Source: Ylistrum balloti
Lineage: Eukaryota
DNA: 64,000 bases
Direction of reading: 5' to 3'
Assembly: GCF_031769215.1 (NCBI RefSeq)
Contig: NW_026782116.1
Coordinates: forward strand, 1,364,001-1,428,000
The translations under genes were made by a program, and so were the position numbers. The notes under the pieces were generated by a model that was not told the DNA's origin, searched no databases, and worked only from the letters and a program-made list of their open reading frames with translations. Of the stretch, positions 12,929 through 24,720 are shown in pieces; positions within the stretch are counted from its first letter, which is position 1, and each line of letters opens with the position of its first letter.

Positions 12929-14173
12929 CCCGATCCGACCTTAGTCGTGTTTGAGACAGACAGCTTCCGCCTGTCTTAGATGCCTCCGGCATACCCTTAA
13001 TGGGCGAGACGGTGAACCCGTGATGATGTAAACACCTCAGACGGACGTCTGTATCTTAGTCTGTTGAGTAGACCATCTTGAACACGAATCAGGAAGCAAC
13101 GCAACGTTATGCATATATGAGCAGTGTGGTAATTCATGGGTAAAAGCGCTTATCACTCTCAAATATGTCTCCTCGCATTTCATGTCAAGTGTATATGTAA
13201 GGCCCTGTAACAGTACTGTCTATGTGGATGCTTTATTAGCTTTATATAAGAGACCTAGATGTTATATACGTCTTTGTTAAGGTTTATTTCTTATTTTTAT
13301 CTACTGCCTTGATATTATTCTGTATCAACATATGGGTTTGTTAATTAGAAATATAATTGTGCGATTTAATCAGAAGTGCAACCAATTAATAAATACATAC
13401 GGTGAGTTGTTATTTTCTACTTTATTGTAGCCAATGAAAAATTATATTTCATAGATGTTAATACTCTAAAATTTGTTTCGTAAATGTAAAATTGAAAAAA
13501 GGTGTTTTTATAGAAAAGGAATATATGTATTGATCTAACGGTACCTTTAACGGTTATGTAAATATCACTTTGTACATCTACACATGTAAAAACAAACTGT
13601 TGTGTAATTACCTATGTGAGCCCGACTGATAATAGTATTTTCAAGGTGAAAGTTGACAGCTTGAAGTGGTCACCTTTTGAATACTGATACATATGGATGA
13701 TATTTCAACCGTTTGAAATAAATATAAAGAAAACTAATGTTTTCATAACTTTATTGTCGATGATATGCCATTCACATTTTGGAGACGTACGAAGTTCCTG
13801 ACATATTTCCGTGTCTAATAGTAAAACAGGGATCGGTGAGATATTCCAATATCAACCTTGGACATTTTTATCGATATGTCATAGATACACAAAATAGACA
13901 GATTAAAGCAGTCTGTGTATTGCGATAAATAACCATTTCATATTAAGTAGTAGTTTCAAAAAGTTCTCAGTCTTCATGGAATTATCCTAATGAGACACTT
14001 TGAATTGATCAGTTACAAATTTCGTGGTCAGATTGAAAAGATATTTGACGAATGTGAGCCTTCGTTTACACTAGTTTCACATAATTAATGTGATTTTGGA
14101 AAATTGTCGAACGAAATAGATTGAACTCAAAACAAACATACTTCATGTATTGAATTTTCGTGAAGCACCATTA

Positions 14174-14212
14174 GTGTGTGACGTTTCGATGTCTGACACC
14201 TTCATCAGAAAA
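14174..14212 (-). ncRNA. Degenerate minimal hammerhead ribozyme (family 2, CUGAUGA-A / GAAACGUC type)
   Basis: CUGAUGA-A-GGUG-UCAGA-CAUC-GAAA-CGUC-ACAC on the minus strand. Helix II is intact; helix I pairing is poor. Confidence 0.55.
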
Positions 14213-16708
14213 AATGTATGGCTATAAACTGGTAATGGACATTTGAAAAGCATATCAGATGACGACACCAGTTCATACACCATTTGAATGATTGAGTTGA
14301 TCATAAGTTGTTGGGATGGGACATACAGAGACTAAGCAGAGAAAATCAGGAGGAAACTTCCAACAGGATACCCCCTACCACATAGACAAAAATCAATCAT
14401 TACCTCGTTGACAATGATAAATCAATGTAGTTATAATAAGTTAATCATCTGCTGTCCAACAGAAAAGATCTTTCAAATATCAAAATGCAAGCATTAACTC
14501 ATTCTCGATCTGTAGGGGTCTGAATGGTACTCAGTCTTTCTGTTTATCTCTTTGGACCAATGCATTTCCGATTTGTTCTTATGATCATTTTTTGCTAATT
14601 TGGTTTTTGTTCTACAATAGCATTAACATTACCCAAATTATTTGTGTCATTTTAACATTGTACTCTGATGTAGGTTAACACAATAATTTGGCTTGAACCC
14701 TTTCTTAAGCCGAAAGAAATAAACATAATAAATCTGGGATTTTCCGGTGGTTGAATTAATCCAATCAGTTCAAATTAAGAATATAAGGAGTAAGTTTTCT
14801 TTCCTCCAAATTGCTAGTATGATTTTTGTTTGATAAATACATATCTAAGTTGAAATTATTTTTGTTAATTATTACTTTTCGCCTTTCTGGTTTTCAATAC
14901 TTGCCAATCTATTTGGCAACAGTAGGGACAACAATTCAACGGTATTGTCCACATGAAGTGTATAATCTAATTTACTCTTGTGATCGTTAAAATTCATGAC
15001 TTTTTTACCGATTAAATACACAATATTATCTCACTAAAAATCACCGAAAATTTACAGGATGTAATAAGCGCATCTTAATGAAATAATCATCTCGATGAGA
15101 TGACAAACGCGTTTAAACATTTTATCTATGTTAAGAAGATGTTTTATAACGAGTAAACAGTTTGTAAACCAATTATAATCACATATTAGCGAGAAAAACA
15201 ACAAGCATATAAGCTATATGTATCTCTAATTTATTTTTCAAATAACTTTCATAGGGTTTGAGATTTGTGTTTATATTTTCTGAACACATCTATTAAAAAT
15301 TGTGCCGCAGGGTAAAGTAAACAGAGTATATTACTTATGTAGGTCTGATGATTGTAACATGTTATCAATATACCTGCCTTAGGTTGTATGCTGGAGCCTA
15401 CAGCAAGTCGTAATTATAAACATATATCATACGCCCAAATACGTTAATGTAGTAAAATTAGTGTAGTATTAAACTACGGTGTGTAATATCGTTATCTGTT
15501 GTATGATCTATACTTGTGCATAGAATATGAAATAAACAATGCCAGAGAGCGAACGCAATTTGATAACTACAATTCAATATGCAAATTAGCAAGGTGTTAC
15601 CCGTCGATATTTTAATATTGGTCAATTTGATGCCATGTTGAATGCAAGGCACCCTTTGTAATGCTCGCAGGCTAGTGATAATCCTCTATATAGACTGGGT
15701 TAACTTTTCTCTATTCCGTATTTTAGTATAATTGTGTTCCTAGGTCAACACGAAATGAAATGTACATTCATCCTAATGGGCTAAGATCTTCTTTCTCGAA
15801 CATGTATTCACTTTACATGGTTAAAATTGTACTATGTATAATTGTTCAGCTTATTTGCATTTTGTGAATCTTTTAGTGCTTATATTTCCACGCGAATCCT
15901 TGAAGGGATATTATGTAGAAAGGAGTAATCTTTTACCAGTCGATATGTCAAAAGGTCACAGTCCGTTCTGTAGTTCCAGCGAGCTAGCCATCCAAAGCTG
16001 ATAACGTACGCAATATTTTGTTTAATTTCTAACTACTTTGAATTTCCACACACATAATACATGAAGCGCCGTGACACAGTTGTCAGTGTGGCAATTAATT
16101 ATGTACTTTAACACTTACACCAACTCTTTATTATTTTTCCTGGAATATCAACATAACTGATGCTATTGATGTAAAGAGATTCTATATATTATGAGGACTG
16201 AACGGTTGTCCGCATAATGACTTCTATTTTAAATCAGTCGTAAAAAAGAAGAAAAAGAAAATAGCAACAGGTCAGCATAAACTATGGCAAAATATGAGCA
16301 AAAGAAAGATTTACTCGAAATCTCATAAAAAGGTACAAGGAGAATAAGAGAATGTATTCTGGAAGAGTATGAGTCTTCTGGCTTCATCGACGACACCAAT
16401 TACCATGTCCAAGGCATCTAACTACCAATGTTAGTATTGTAAAAGACGATTAGGCATTTAAAGTTAGAAAAGGCTTCAATTCAATTCAACAGTTTCCGAA
16501 ATTACTCGAAAATAAGTTTAGTAATTGACTTCTTTATCTAATTCTAACATATATTTGGAAATTGCGTCTTTTATAAAATCTTTGTTATTGAAAGTGGAAA
16601 ATAATACTGTCCCATAGGTTTGCAGTAACCTGTATACTAAGTTTATTATTTATTCGAATAATTTCACAATTCAGAGCTGATTTCGACTAATAATCCTTTA
16701 GACCCCTA

Positions 16709-16752
16709 GCATCACTGTCGAGACCCTGATGAACAAATCAACTATATGATGC
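16709..16752 (+). ncRNA. Degenerate hammerhead element copy (family 1) at the left edge of the 44-bp satellite
   Basis: gcatcactgtcgagaccctgatgaacaaatcaactatatgatgc aligns to the intact copy at 53048. The core is mutated (CUGUCGA, no GAAA). Confidence 0.6.
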
Positions 16753-16789
16753 AGATTGATAATAATCTAACTATATGATGAAGTTTAGT

Positions 16790-18390
16790 CATATGACTTT
16801 ATTTATCTCTATGCATTATACAGTTTAATACATTATACGGCTATATTTATCTCTATGTATGATACAGTTTAATACATTATACGGTTATAGTTATATCTAT
16901 ATATGATACAGTTTAATATCTATGTATGATATAGTTTAATACATTATACGGCTATATTTATCTCTATGTATGATACAGTTTAATACATTATACGGCTATA
17001 TTTATCTGTATGTATGATACAGTTTAATACATTATACGGCTATATTTATCTCTATGTATGATACAGTTTAATACATTATATGACTATATTTATCTCTATG
17101 TATGATACAGTTTAATACATTATACGGCTATATTTATCTCTGTGTATGATACAGCTAAATACATTATATGACTAATATATCTCTATGTAAGATACAGTTT
17201 AATACATTATACGGCTATATTTATCTCCATGTATGATACAGTTTAATACATTATACGGCTATATTTATCTCTATGTAAGATACAGTTTAATACATTATAT
17301 GGCTATATTTATCTCGATGTATGATACAGTTAAATACATTATACGGCTATATTTATATCTATGTATGATACAGTTTAATACATTATACGGCTATATTTAT
17401 ATCTATGTATGATACAGTTTAATACATTATACGGCTATATTTATCTCTATGTATGATACAGTTTAATACATTATATGACTATATTTATCTCTATGTATGA
17501 TACAGTTTAATACATTATATGACTATATTTATCTCTATGTATGATACAGTTTAATACATTATACGGCTATATTTATCTCTATGTATGATACAGTTAAATA
17601 CATTATACGGCTATATTTATCTCTATGTATGATACAGTTTAATACATTATACGGCTATATTTATATCTATGTATGATACAGTTTAATACATTATACGGCT
17701 ATATTTATATCTATGTAAGATACAGTTTAATACATTATACGGCTATATTTATCTCTATGTAAGATACAGTTTAATACATTATATGGCTATATTTATCACT
17801 ATGTATGATACAGTTAAATACATTATACGGCTATATTTATCTCTGTGTATGATACGGTTTAATACATTATATGGCTATATTTATCTCTATGTATGATACA
17901 GTTAAATACATTATACGGCTATATTTATCTCTGTGTATGATACGGTTTAATACATTATATGACTATATTTATCTCTATGTATGATACAGTTTAATACATT
18001 ATATGACTATATTTATCTCTATGTATGATACAGTTTAATACATTATATGACTATATTTATCTCTATGTATGATACAGTTAAATACATTATATGATTATAT
18101 TTATCTCTATGTATGATACAGTTTAATACATTATACGGCTATATTTATCTCTATGTATGATACAGTTTAATAATGGCTATATTTATCTCTATGTATGATA
18201 CAGTTTAATAATGGCTATATTTATCTCTATGTATGATACAGTTTAATAATGGCTATATTTATCTCTATGTATGATACAGTTTAATACATTATATGACTAT
18301 ATTTATCTCTATGTATGATACAGTTTAATAATGGCTATATTTATCTCTATGTATGATACAGTTTAATACATTATATGACTATATTTATCT
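16790..18390. repeat. 44-bp satellite, ~36 units (38-bp deletion variants near the right end)
   Basis: Unit tatgtatgatacagtttaatacattatacggctatatttatctc with measured period 44. Period is 38 at ~18173-18211. Confidence 0.97.
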
Positions 18391-18465
18391 GAAGTGTGAT
18401 TCTTTATTTGCATTTGCTATACATTTTATCTTTTGTGCAATATTCCTCCTTTATTTAGGCCTTAA

Positions 18466-18509
18466 GCATTACTGACGAGTGCTAGAGGGACGAAACAGTT
18501 GTATGATGC
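18466..18509 (+). ncRNA. Near-intact type I hammerhead ribozyme (family 1)
   Basis: GCAUUA-CUGACGA-GUGC-UAGAG-GGAC-GAAA-C-AGUU-G-UA-UGAUGC. Helix I pairs; helix II has one mismatch. Confidence 0.75.
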
Positions 18510-19998
18510 AGTTTGATTCATTGTTTGGTTCTACTGTATCAAAGTCTATGTTTTGATTAAAATTTTGTTATGTACTTTTCTGACTTTGTACAATCTTTAT
18601 TTTGAAGGCAAGCCGAAAATCTGCCCTGATCAACCTGCCTTTCTTGATATCTCTCACGGAAAACATGTCATTGGTATTGGTAAGTTTTCCTTAATTTTAG
18701 ATTTCCACGCAGCAGTTTTACGATTGTTGTTTTGTATTGCAGGATTCAAAACAATTTTCAATTAATACTGTTGCAAATTCTCTGATGTAGGCATTTCATA
18801 CACAAAATCAACATCTCTATGACACTATCAAAAAACAACCAAGGAATCTTTTTTCTCCATCTTAGTATACTCATTATAATTATGTAAGTTAAATGAATGT
18901 CTTAATTCCTTACAACCACGACAGCCATGTCTACACTGAATGAATTATGATGTGTTAGGTTCATAATTTCATATCGGAGTGAAACTGTCATTCGTCTTTT
19001 TTTCTCATGACCAAACCTCATATTGTCTGATTTCTGTATTGAACCATTATTCTCAAAATTCAAATCAGCATGGCAAACGACCGAAGGCAATATTTATACA
19101 CAACTTGACAAAAATAATCCATAACACCAAACGTCTTGAAATCAAATGCGGGTTTCCGTCAACTACCTTGCTTTTCATGATCATGAGATATCACTATTCA
19201 ACTAGAAATCCGAAACTATTTTATAGTAATAATGGAGTATATGGAATCCACGTGTGTTAAAATAGAGAAATGTATATACCGGTATCTAAATAAGGCGAAA
19301 TACATTCCTTATTACCGTATAAATATCTATATTATTTTACGGAACATATTTATACTCTTACCTTTTAACACTAGTTCGATTTTGTATACCTATAGTTATC
19401 ACTCATCATACGTATTTATAATAAGTTACATGACAATTTCAATTTTAACTTCTTGTTGGTCAATATTTTTCTAAATGTGCAAGATAATGCTTACTCTGTG
19501 AATAAGTTTAAACAAACATAGAAATGACCTACATCAGCAACCTCCCTCTGACATTGATTGAACATAAAACAAAAGTTGAACTCTTCTCTGTTTACTTCGA
19601 CAGTGCTTGTTGTTAACCTTGTTCTTACTGTGGAAGTGACACGATAATTTCGTTTCTTGAATAAATGGTATGCTTTATTGTTGTTGGAGGGGTAACAAGT
19701 ACAATGTTCCGGCAGTCGAGTCCCACTAAATGATAATAATATAACCCACAATTCACTGCTTTGTTTCAATGTTATCTTTCTTTTAATTCTTGTGGAACTT
19801 GTGTTCAAATGATGCTGCAAGCCATATCTTAATTAATCTGAATAGAGACACGATTCAGAATATATACATGTACTTGACATTGTTCTAAAATCATCTGATA
19901 TATTTGAAAATAATGATATTCAATTATGGGGCTAGTGCACTTCCGATCCCTTTACATTTTCCTTAGTCGTCCCCTAGGCTTCAAAATTAAGGTCTTTA

Positions 19999-20042
19999 GC
20001 ACCAATGACGAGTCCTAGAAGGAAGAAAAAGCTGCATCGTGC
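19999..20042 (+). ncRNA. Degenerate hammerhead element copy (family 1)
   Basis: gcaccaatgacgagtcctagaaggaagaaaaagctgcatcgtgc. Shares the flanking tail and the upstream ggggctagtgca with the 52250 copy. Confidence 0.6.
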
Positions 20043-21129
20043 AGTTTACTTCATTGCTTAGCTCTGCTGTAAATTAACTTTTATTTGTTTTACTTGTACA
20101 TGATTGTCGTTCTGTTCTTATTTGACTCATTAGATTTTCGTTAATTTATGTCAAGAAATAGGAAATAGGTTCAGTAAAGATTCCATCTATTTAAGAAAAG
20201 ATTCAGAAACATTTAGGTAGAACATGTCAATATTCCCTTCCCACAGAGTCTGTCGTAACGGTCACGTAGAAAGAATATACATCAAATGGTATCAGCAGGA
20301 AGTTAATACTGCGAACAAGAATATCCGAGTATGGTATTGTTTATTATTGAAAACGATTATAAACCACTTCCCACATTAGATGTACATATCAGCACTTTCT
20401 TAAACAAACCGCAAACAAAAAAAATATATGTATGGTAGTTGCTAAGTGATGAGTTTTATTTAATATGGAAACAAAAAAAGCAAAAAAAAAAAAAACAAAA
20501 AAAATAAATAAATAAACAACTATCGCGCTAATCGTTTGATGAAGTGGTCTGTTCACTGAATGAAAAGGATTTGTGATGTATGGATTGACTGTTATTCAAT
20601 CCATTAGCAGATAACGTCTTTGTCGATAACAATTGTTGAAATGAAAACAGTAAGCATAAACTTTCAATTTTACATAACATTTATTTCTTATCGAAACAGC
20701 AAACAAAATAAAAATACCCCATGAATACAGCTCCATCCTTGACGAAGAATGAGATTTCTGAAATAGAGACACAATGATATTTACATATATATATAAATAA
20801 ATATACGCCTACCCCATAATGATGTATAAGTCTAAAATTATATATTTTTTGACGCTAACTGGTCGTAATGTATTTGATAGTGAATGTTAAATACTTAATT
20901 GAAGAATCAGCTGGTTTTCGTAAACTAAAATGTCTTTAGAAATATAGCGAATGAAAATTTATTCATAGTATAAATGCAAGCATCCCATTATGTTTACCAT
21001 CAAACGTATTAAAGATAATATTGACAAATATTTGCGTTTTTGTTTGAGAACAATTCTTTAACCTATGATTATCGATTAATAGTAAAGCATTAATACGAAT
21101 AGTAAACTTACTGTGACAGGTGAGTCTAT

Positions 21130-21796
21130 TTAACCAGAGTTGTTATTCAAAAGCTGGATGACCAGGAATAAGAGAAACACTGAAAAACAATTGGAAAGTC
21201 TATATATATAACAGCTTGTGAAGTAACCAAAAAAATGTTCAGTATTTTTTCCAGTTTCGGAGTTATTTAACACAACCATCCACATTATCTTGATAATCTT
21301 GTTTCAAAAAGTATCATTTTTTTCAGAAGCATATACGTATATACAGTAATTTTGTGAATATCATCGTCATAAATATAATTGGCATTATAATCAAATTACT
21401 TATATTCAATATCAAGAACGGAAGTACAGAAATCTGTCAATATGCTCGGCAGTAAGAATGCTTACGTTGAAATGTTCCACCGCCGAAAATGGAGTCACTG
21501 GTATCTGCCACTGGAAGAGGGGGGATAAACATTGGAACAGAGTAAGGTGCGCTCACTACAACCTCCTTCTTAACCACAGGTTTTTTCCCGTATCCGGAGT
21601 ATCCAGAATGCGTTGGATATGTTGAGTATCCCTTGGCATATCCTCCCGCACTGTACTGACTGATATGTCCCTTTTGTAGGTACTGACTGCCTTTGTAATC
21701 AAGTCCCAGCCCTCCCCCATAGTTACCATAGGCCTCGCCTCTGGCCGCCACCACACAACATACGACCACCGCAACGGCAACTATTACAGTTTTCAT
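21130..21796 (-). CDS. Diverged Gly/Tyr-rich secreted protein paralog (copy 4)
   Basis: Coding exons 21796-21466 (tttcag|ATG; ends DSIFGGGTFQ, C|GTAAG, phase 1) and 21179-21130 (LFLLFLVIQLLNNNSG*). 5'UTR exon ends at 22153 (AAG|GTGAGT). Same architecture as copies 1-3. Confidence 0.85.
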
Positions 21797-22208
21797 CTGA
21801 AACATTAGCAAATAGATATCTTCATTTAGATCAAGGTTCGCATAGATATTGTATTGTAAATTCAAACTGAAAATCTCAATTTTCTGACTTTCCAAATTAT
21901 CGAAAACGAAATTAGCTATTGTGATTATTTAATCTGTTAGGGAATACGCTTGATATACTCACAAATTCAGTTTATTTAGAAAATGTGTGACATGAATATC
22001 GAATAATGGGTTTTCCGTCTATATTAGTATTGGATAATTCCGAGCATTTCATAATTTCAAGACAGCTGGTTAGGTGTTCGAAATTTAAAAATCATTTAAA
22101 CAATGTTAAAATGACACTAATAAATGATGTTATTTTTATAGCAAAAACTCACCTTTGTTCCGTAGCTTGGATTCTTTTATTAGTTTTTACGGGCGAAAAA
22201 ATAGCTCC

Positions 22209-22216
22209 TATTTATA
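22209..22216 (-). promoter_or_regulatory. TATA box of paralog 4
   Basis: TATAAATA on the minus strand, ~55 nt upstream of the 5'UTR exon donor. Confidence 0.7.
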
Positions 22217-23274
22217 TGCCAGAACCCGGATGTGGTGCACAACCCGCACTAGCCACTCAGTTGGGTGGACATTATGAAATATATCACATCACGCTCTCGC
22301 GCCATAATTGGTCAAATTACATCACTTGTAATACAAAGTGCGCGGAAGTTACCAGTGGTCATAGCCAGAGGACACCAATGCGATATATCATCACGCGTTT
22401 GACGCTAAATAGCAAACATACCTGTATCCATGGCGTGATATTTTACTGTAACAACACGTAATACTTCGTAAACAGGTTTTCATCAAACCTATGTATAAAA
22501 CAAGACATTTGTACCAAAACCACGTTTATACAAATGAACATTTCAAAAACATGAAATTGAATATATATATATATAGTAAAAAGTATTACATTTTAGACTT
22601 ATCAAATGAAAATAACTGAACCAGTCTGAATAAAACATGTATATACAGGAATCATTTTAGACCAATATATTGAATATAAAGGTATCTGACCACTATAAGC
22701 AATAGGCTTACTAACCTGACATGCTTTAAACTTTATCAAGTATCAAGGAAGTTATAACATACACCAGTTACATGGTTTTGTATATCTAGGAAGTATAACA
22801 TACAGACACAGTTTGTGTTAATTGTTTATTTCAAATGATCAACAAATTCAAAATTAAATGTCAGGTGTTCATTCGCACGAAAGTGCGTCCATTTGTTGTT
22901 TTGTTTACAACGTATAACTCAATTTTTCATTATAGATATTTCATTGTCTAATTTGACTAATTTACGCTTTACGTTTAAATCGGATTTAGTATCCGTCATT
23001 AGTGTTTTATATGGTAAAATCGTAGCATCGGAAAGGACAAGAACTCTGGATAATTCAAACATAGTACTCATAGTGCTAACAGACAAACTATTTAAATAAC
23101 AATAATCTTAATTCGATAAAAACTTCGATAATTCCTACTAGGTATGAAATAAATTGTTTGAAAGGGTTTGAAAAATCAGTCTGAATGAAAATGTGTTGTC
23201 CCTAAAATAATATTTCTTTGAAAAACACTTTTAACAGAATATCATATTAACTGATTGTGTCCATTGAATTCCGT

Positions 23275-23389
23275 ATGTAGGTATTTCAAATATAAGTATG
23301 CAGGTATTTCAAATATAAGTATGAAGGTATTTCAAATATAAGTATGTAGGTATTTCAAATATAAGTATGTAGGTATTTCAAATATAAGT
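23275..23389. repeat. 23-bp tandem repeat x5
   Basis: Unit gtatttcaaatataagtatgtag with period 23. Confidence 0.9.
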
Positions 23390-24720
23390 AAACATATTTG
23401 ATACACTCCTCCAATACTACATGTACAAAATGATATTACGTGTCGATGTATCGTGTTATGGTGATATACGCTAATGTTAATATCACGTTTATGTTATTTC
23501 GTGAGTTTGTATCTTGGTATATAGTGTTAGTAGTTATGCCAACAGACTGAAAGAAATCATTTCTGTATTAAAGTCCTATTGATCATTCAGTGTAAGATAA
23601 GGAATTACATAACCGTTACTATACATACAAGTCTTCACGATCGTCATTAATAGTGAGTTCTAAAGTGTGTGTTAGAATAAATACTTCTTAAATTATGTGG
23701 TATACTCTTAGCATGAAGACATGATTAAATCCGACCAAAGCCATATACATATATATATAGTGTACATAATTTAAATCGATTATACAAGTATTAAGAGTTA
23801 TTCTAAAACTTAATGTTGAATGGGTTTAACATTAGTATACGTCAGTGATAGGATGTGTGTTCAGTGGATGTTTGACAGACAATCGTGAAATTATGTTCCA
23901 TTTATACACAATTATAGCACTTTTATCTTTCTTCAATTCAAAACGACTTTAATATTCTAATGTATTCTCTCAAAAATCTCACAAAAATATCAATCTACTA
24001 TTATTTACGACTTCTTGTACATTCTAAATTCTATAACTTTCCCTATGGGTTTCCGTACTTCGTTGTTATAAACAAACTGGAAACAGCTGTACGAGCAAGC
24101 TTTGCTAAATATTTTACATAAGCTGTATTTGTTGCTACTGAATTCATGGTAAAATGTGATAATTTCATTTATAGGACATTGCAAATATATAACAATTTGG
24201 AGGACTTCCATAATGAACTATGACACTCAACAAAAAAATATGACGTCACGAAATGTTGATAGCAAGTTATCTATTGTATGAAAACGCGATAAAGTTTCGA
24301 TGTGGGGTACCTATACTCTCAATAGCATTATATATATATCTATATACATCGGTACAGAGACCTTAGGCAGAAATGGGTGGAGTTTCCTACATATCAAAAT
24401 ATCAATTAATTACTGACATGAATTTGTAAATAAGTACATGTTTATCTGTCTATTCAAGATCTCCAACAGCAGTATATTACAATTTGTAAAATGAAGGTCG
24501 ACTTGTTCAGTACTGTCACACCCATAGATTACTTTTAGAGAACGTGACATGAAACAACTGTGTCGTCTATGAAGTTTATATTTCCAGAACGCGGCCAGTT
24601 GTAGGCCTTAAATTCGTTCTGAAAGGTTGTTAGGGAACCAACAATAGCTAGACCATGCAATTAAACAAGCCGGTAAATGACGGTTTTGGTTTATTCACAT
24701 TGGTAATACACCAAACATCC

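Noticed and set aside
18608-18679. Isolated plus-strand exon-like 72-mer (GKPKICPDQPAFLDISHGKHVIGIG) with AG/GTAAGT ends
   Set aside because: No compatible neighbouring exons or recognisable family were found; it could be chance or a transposon relic.
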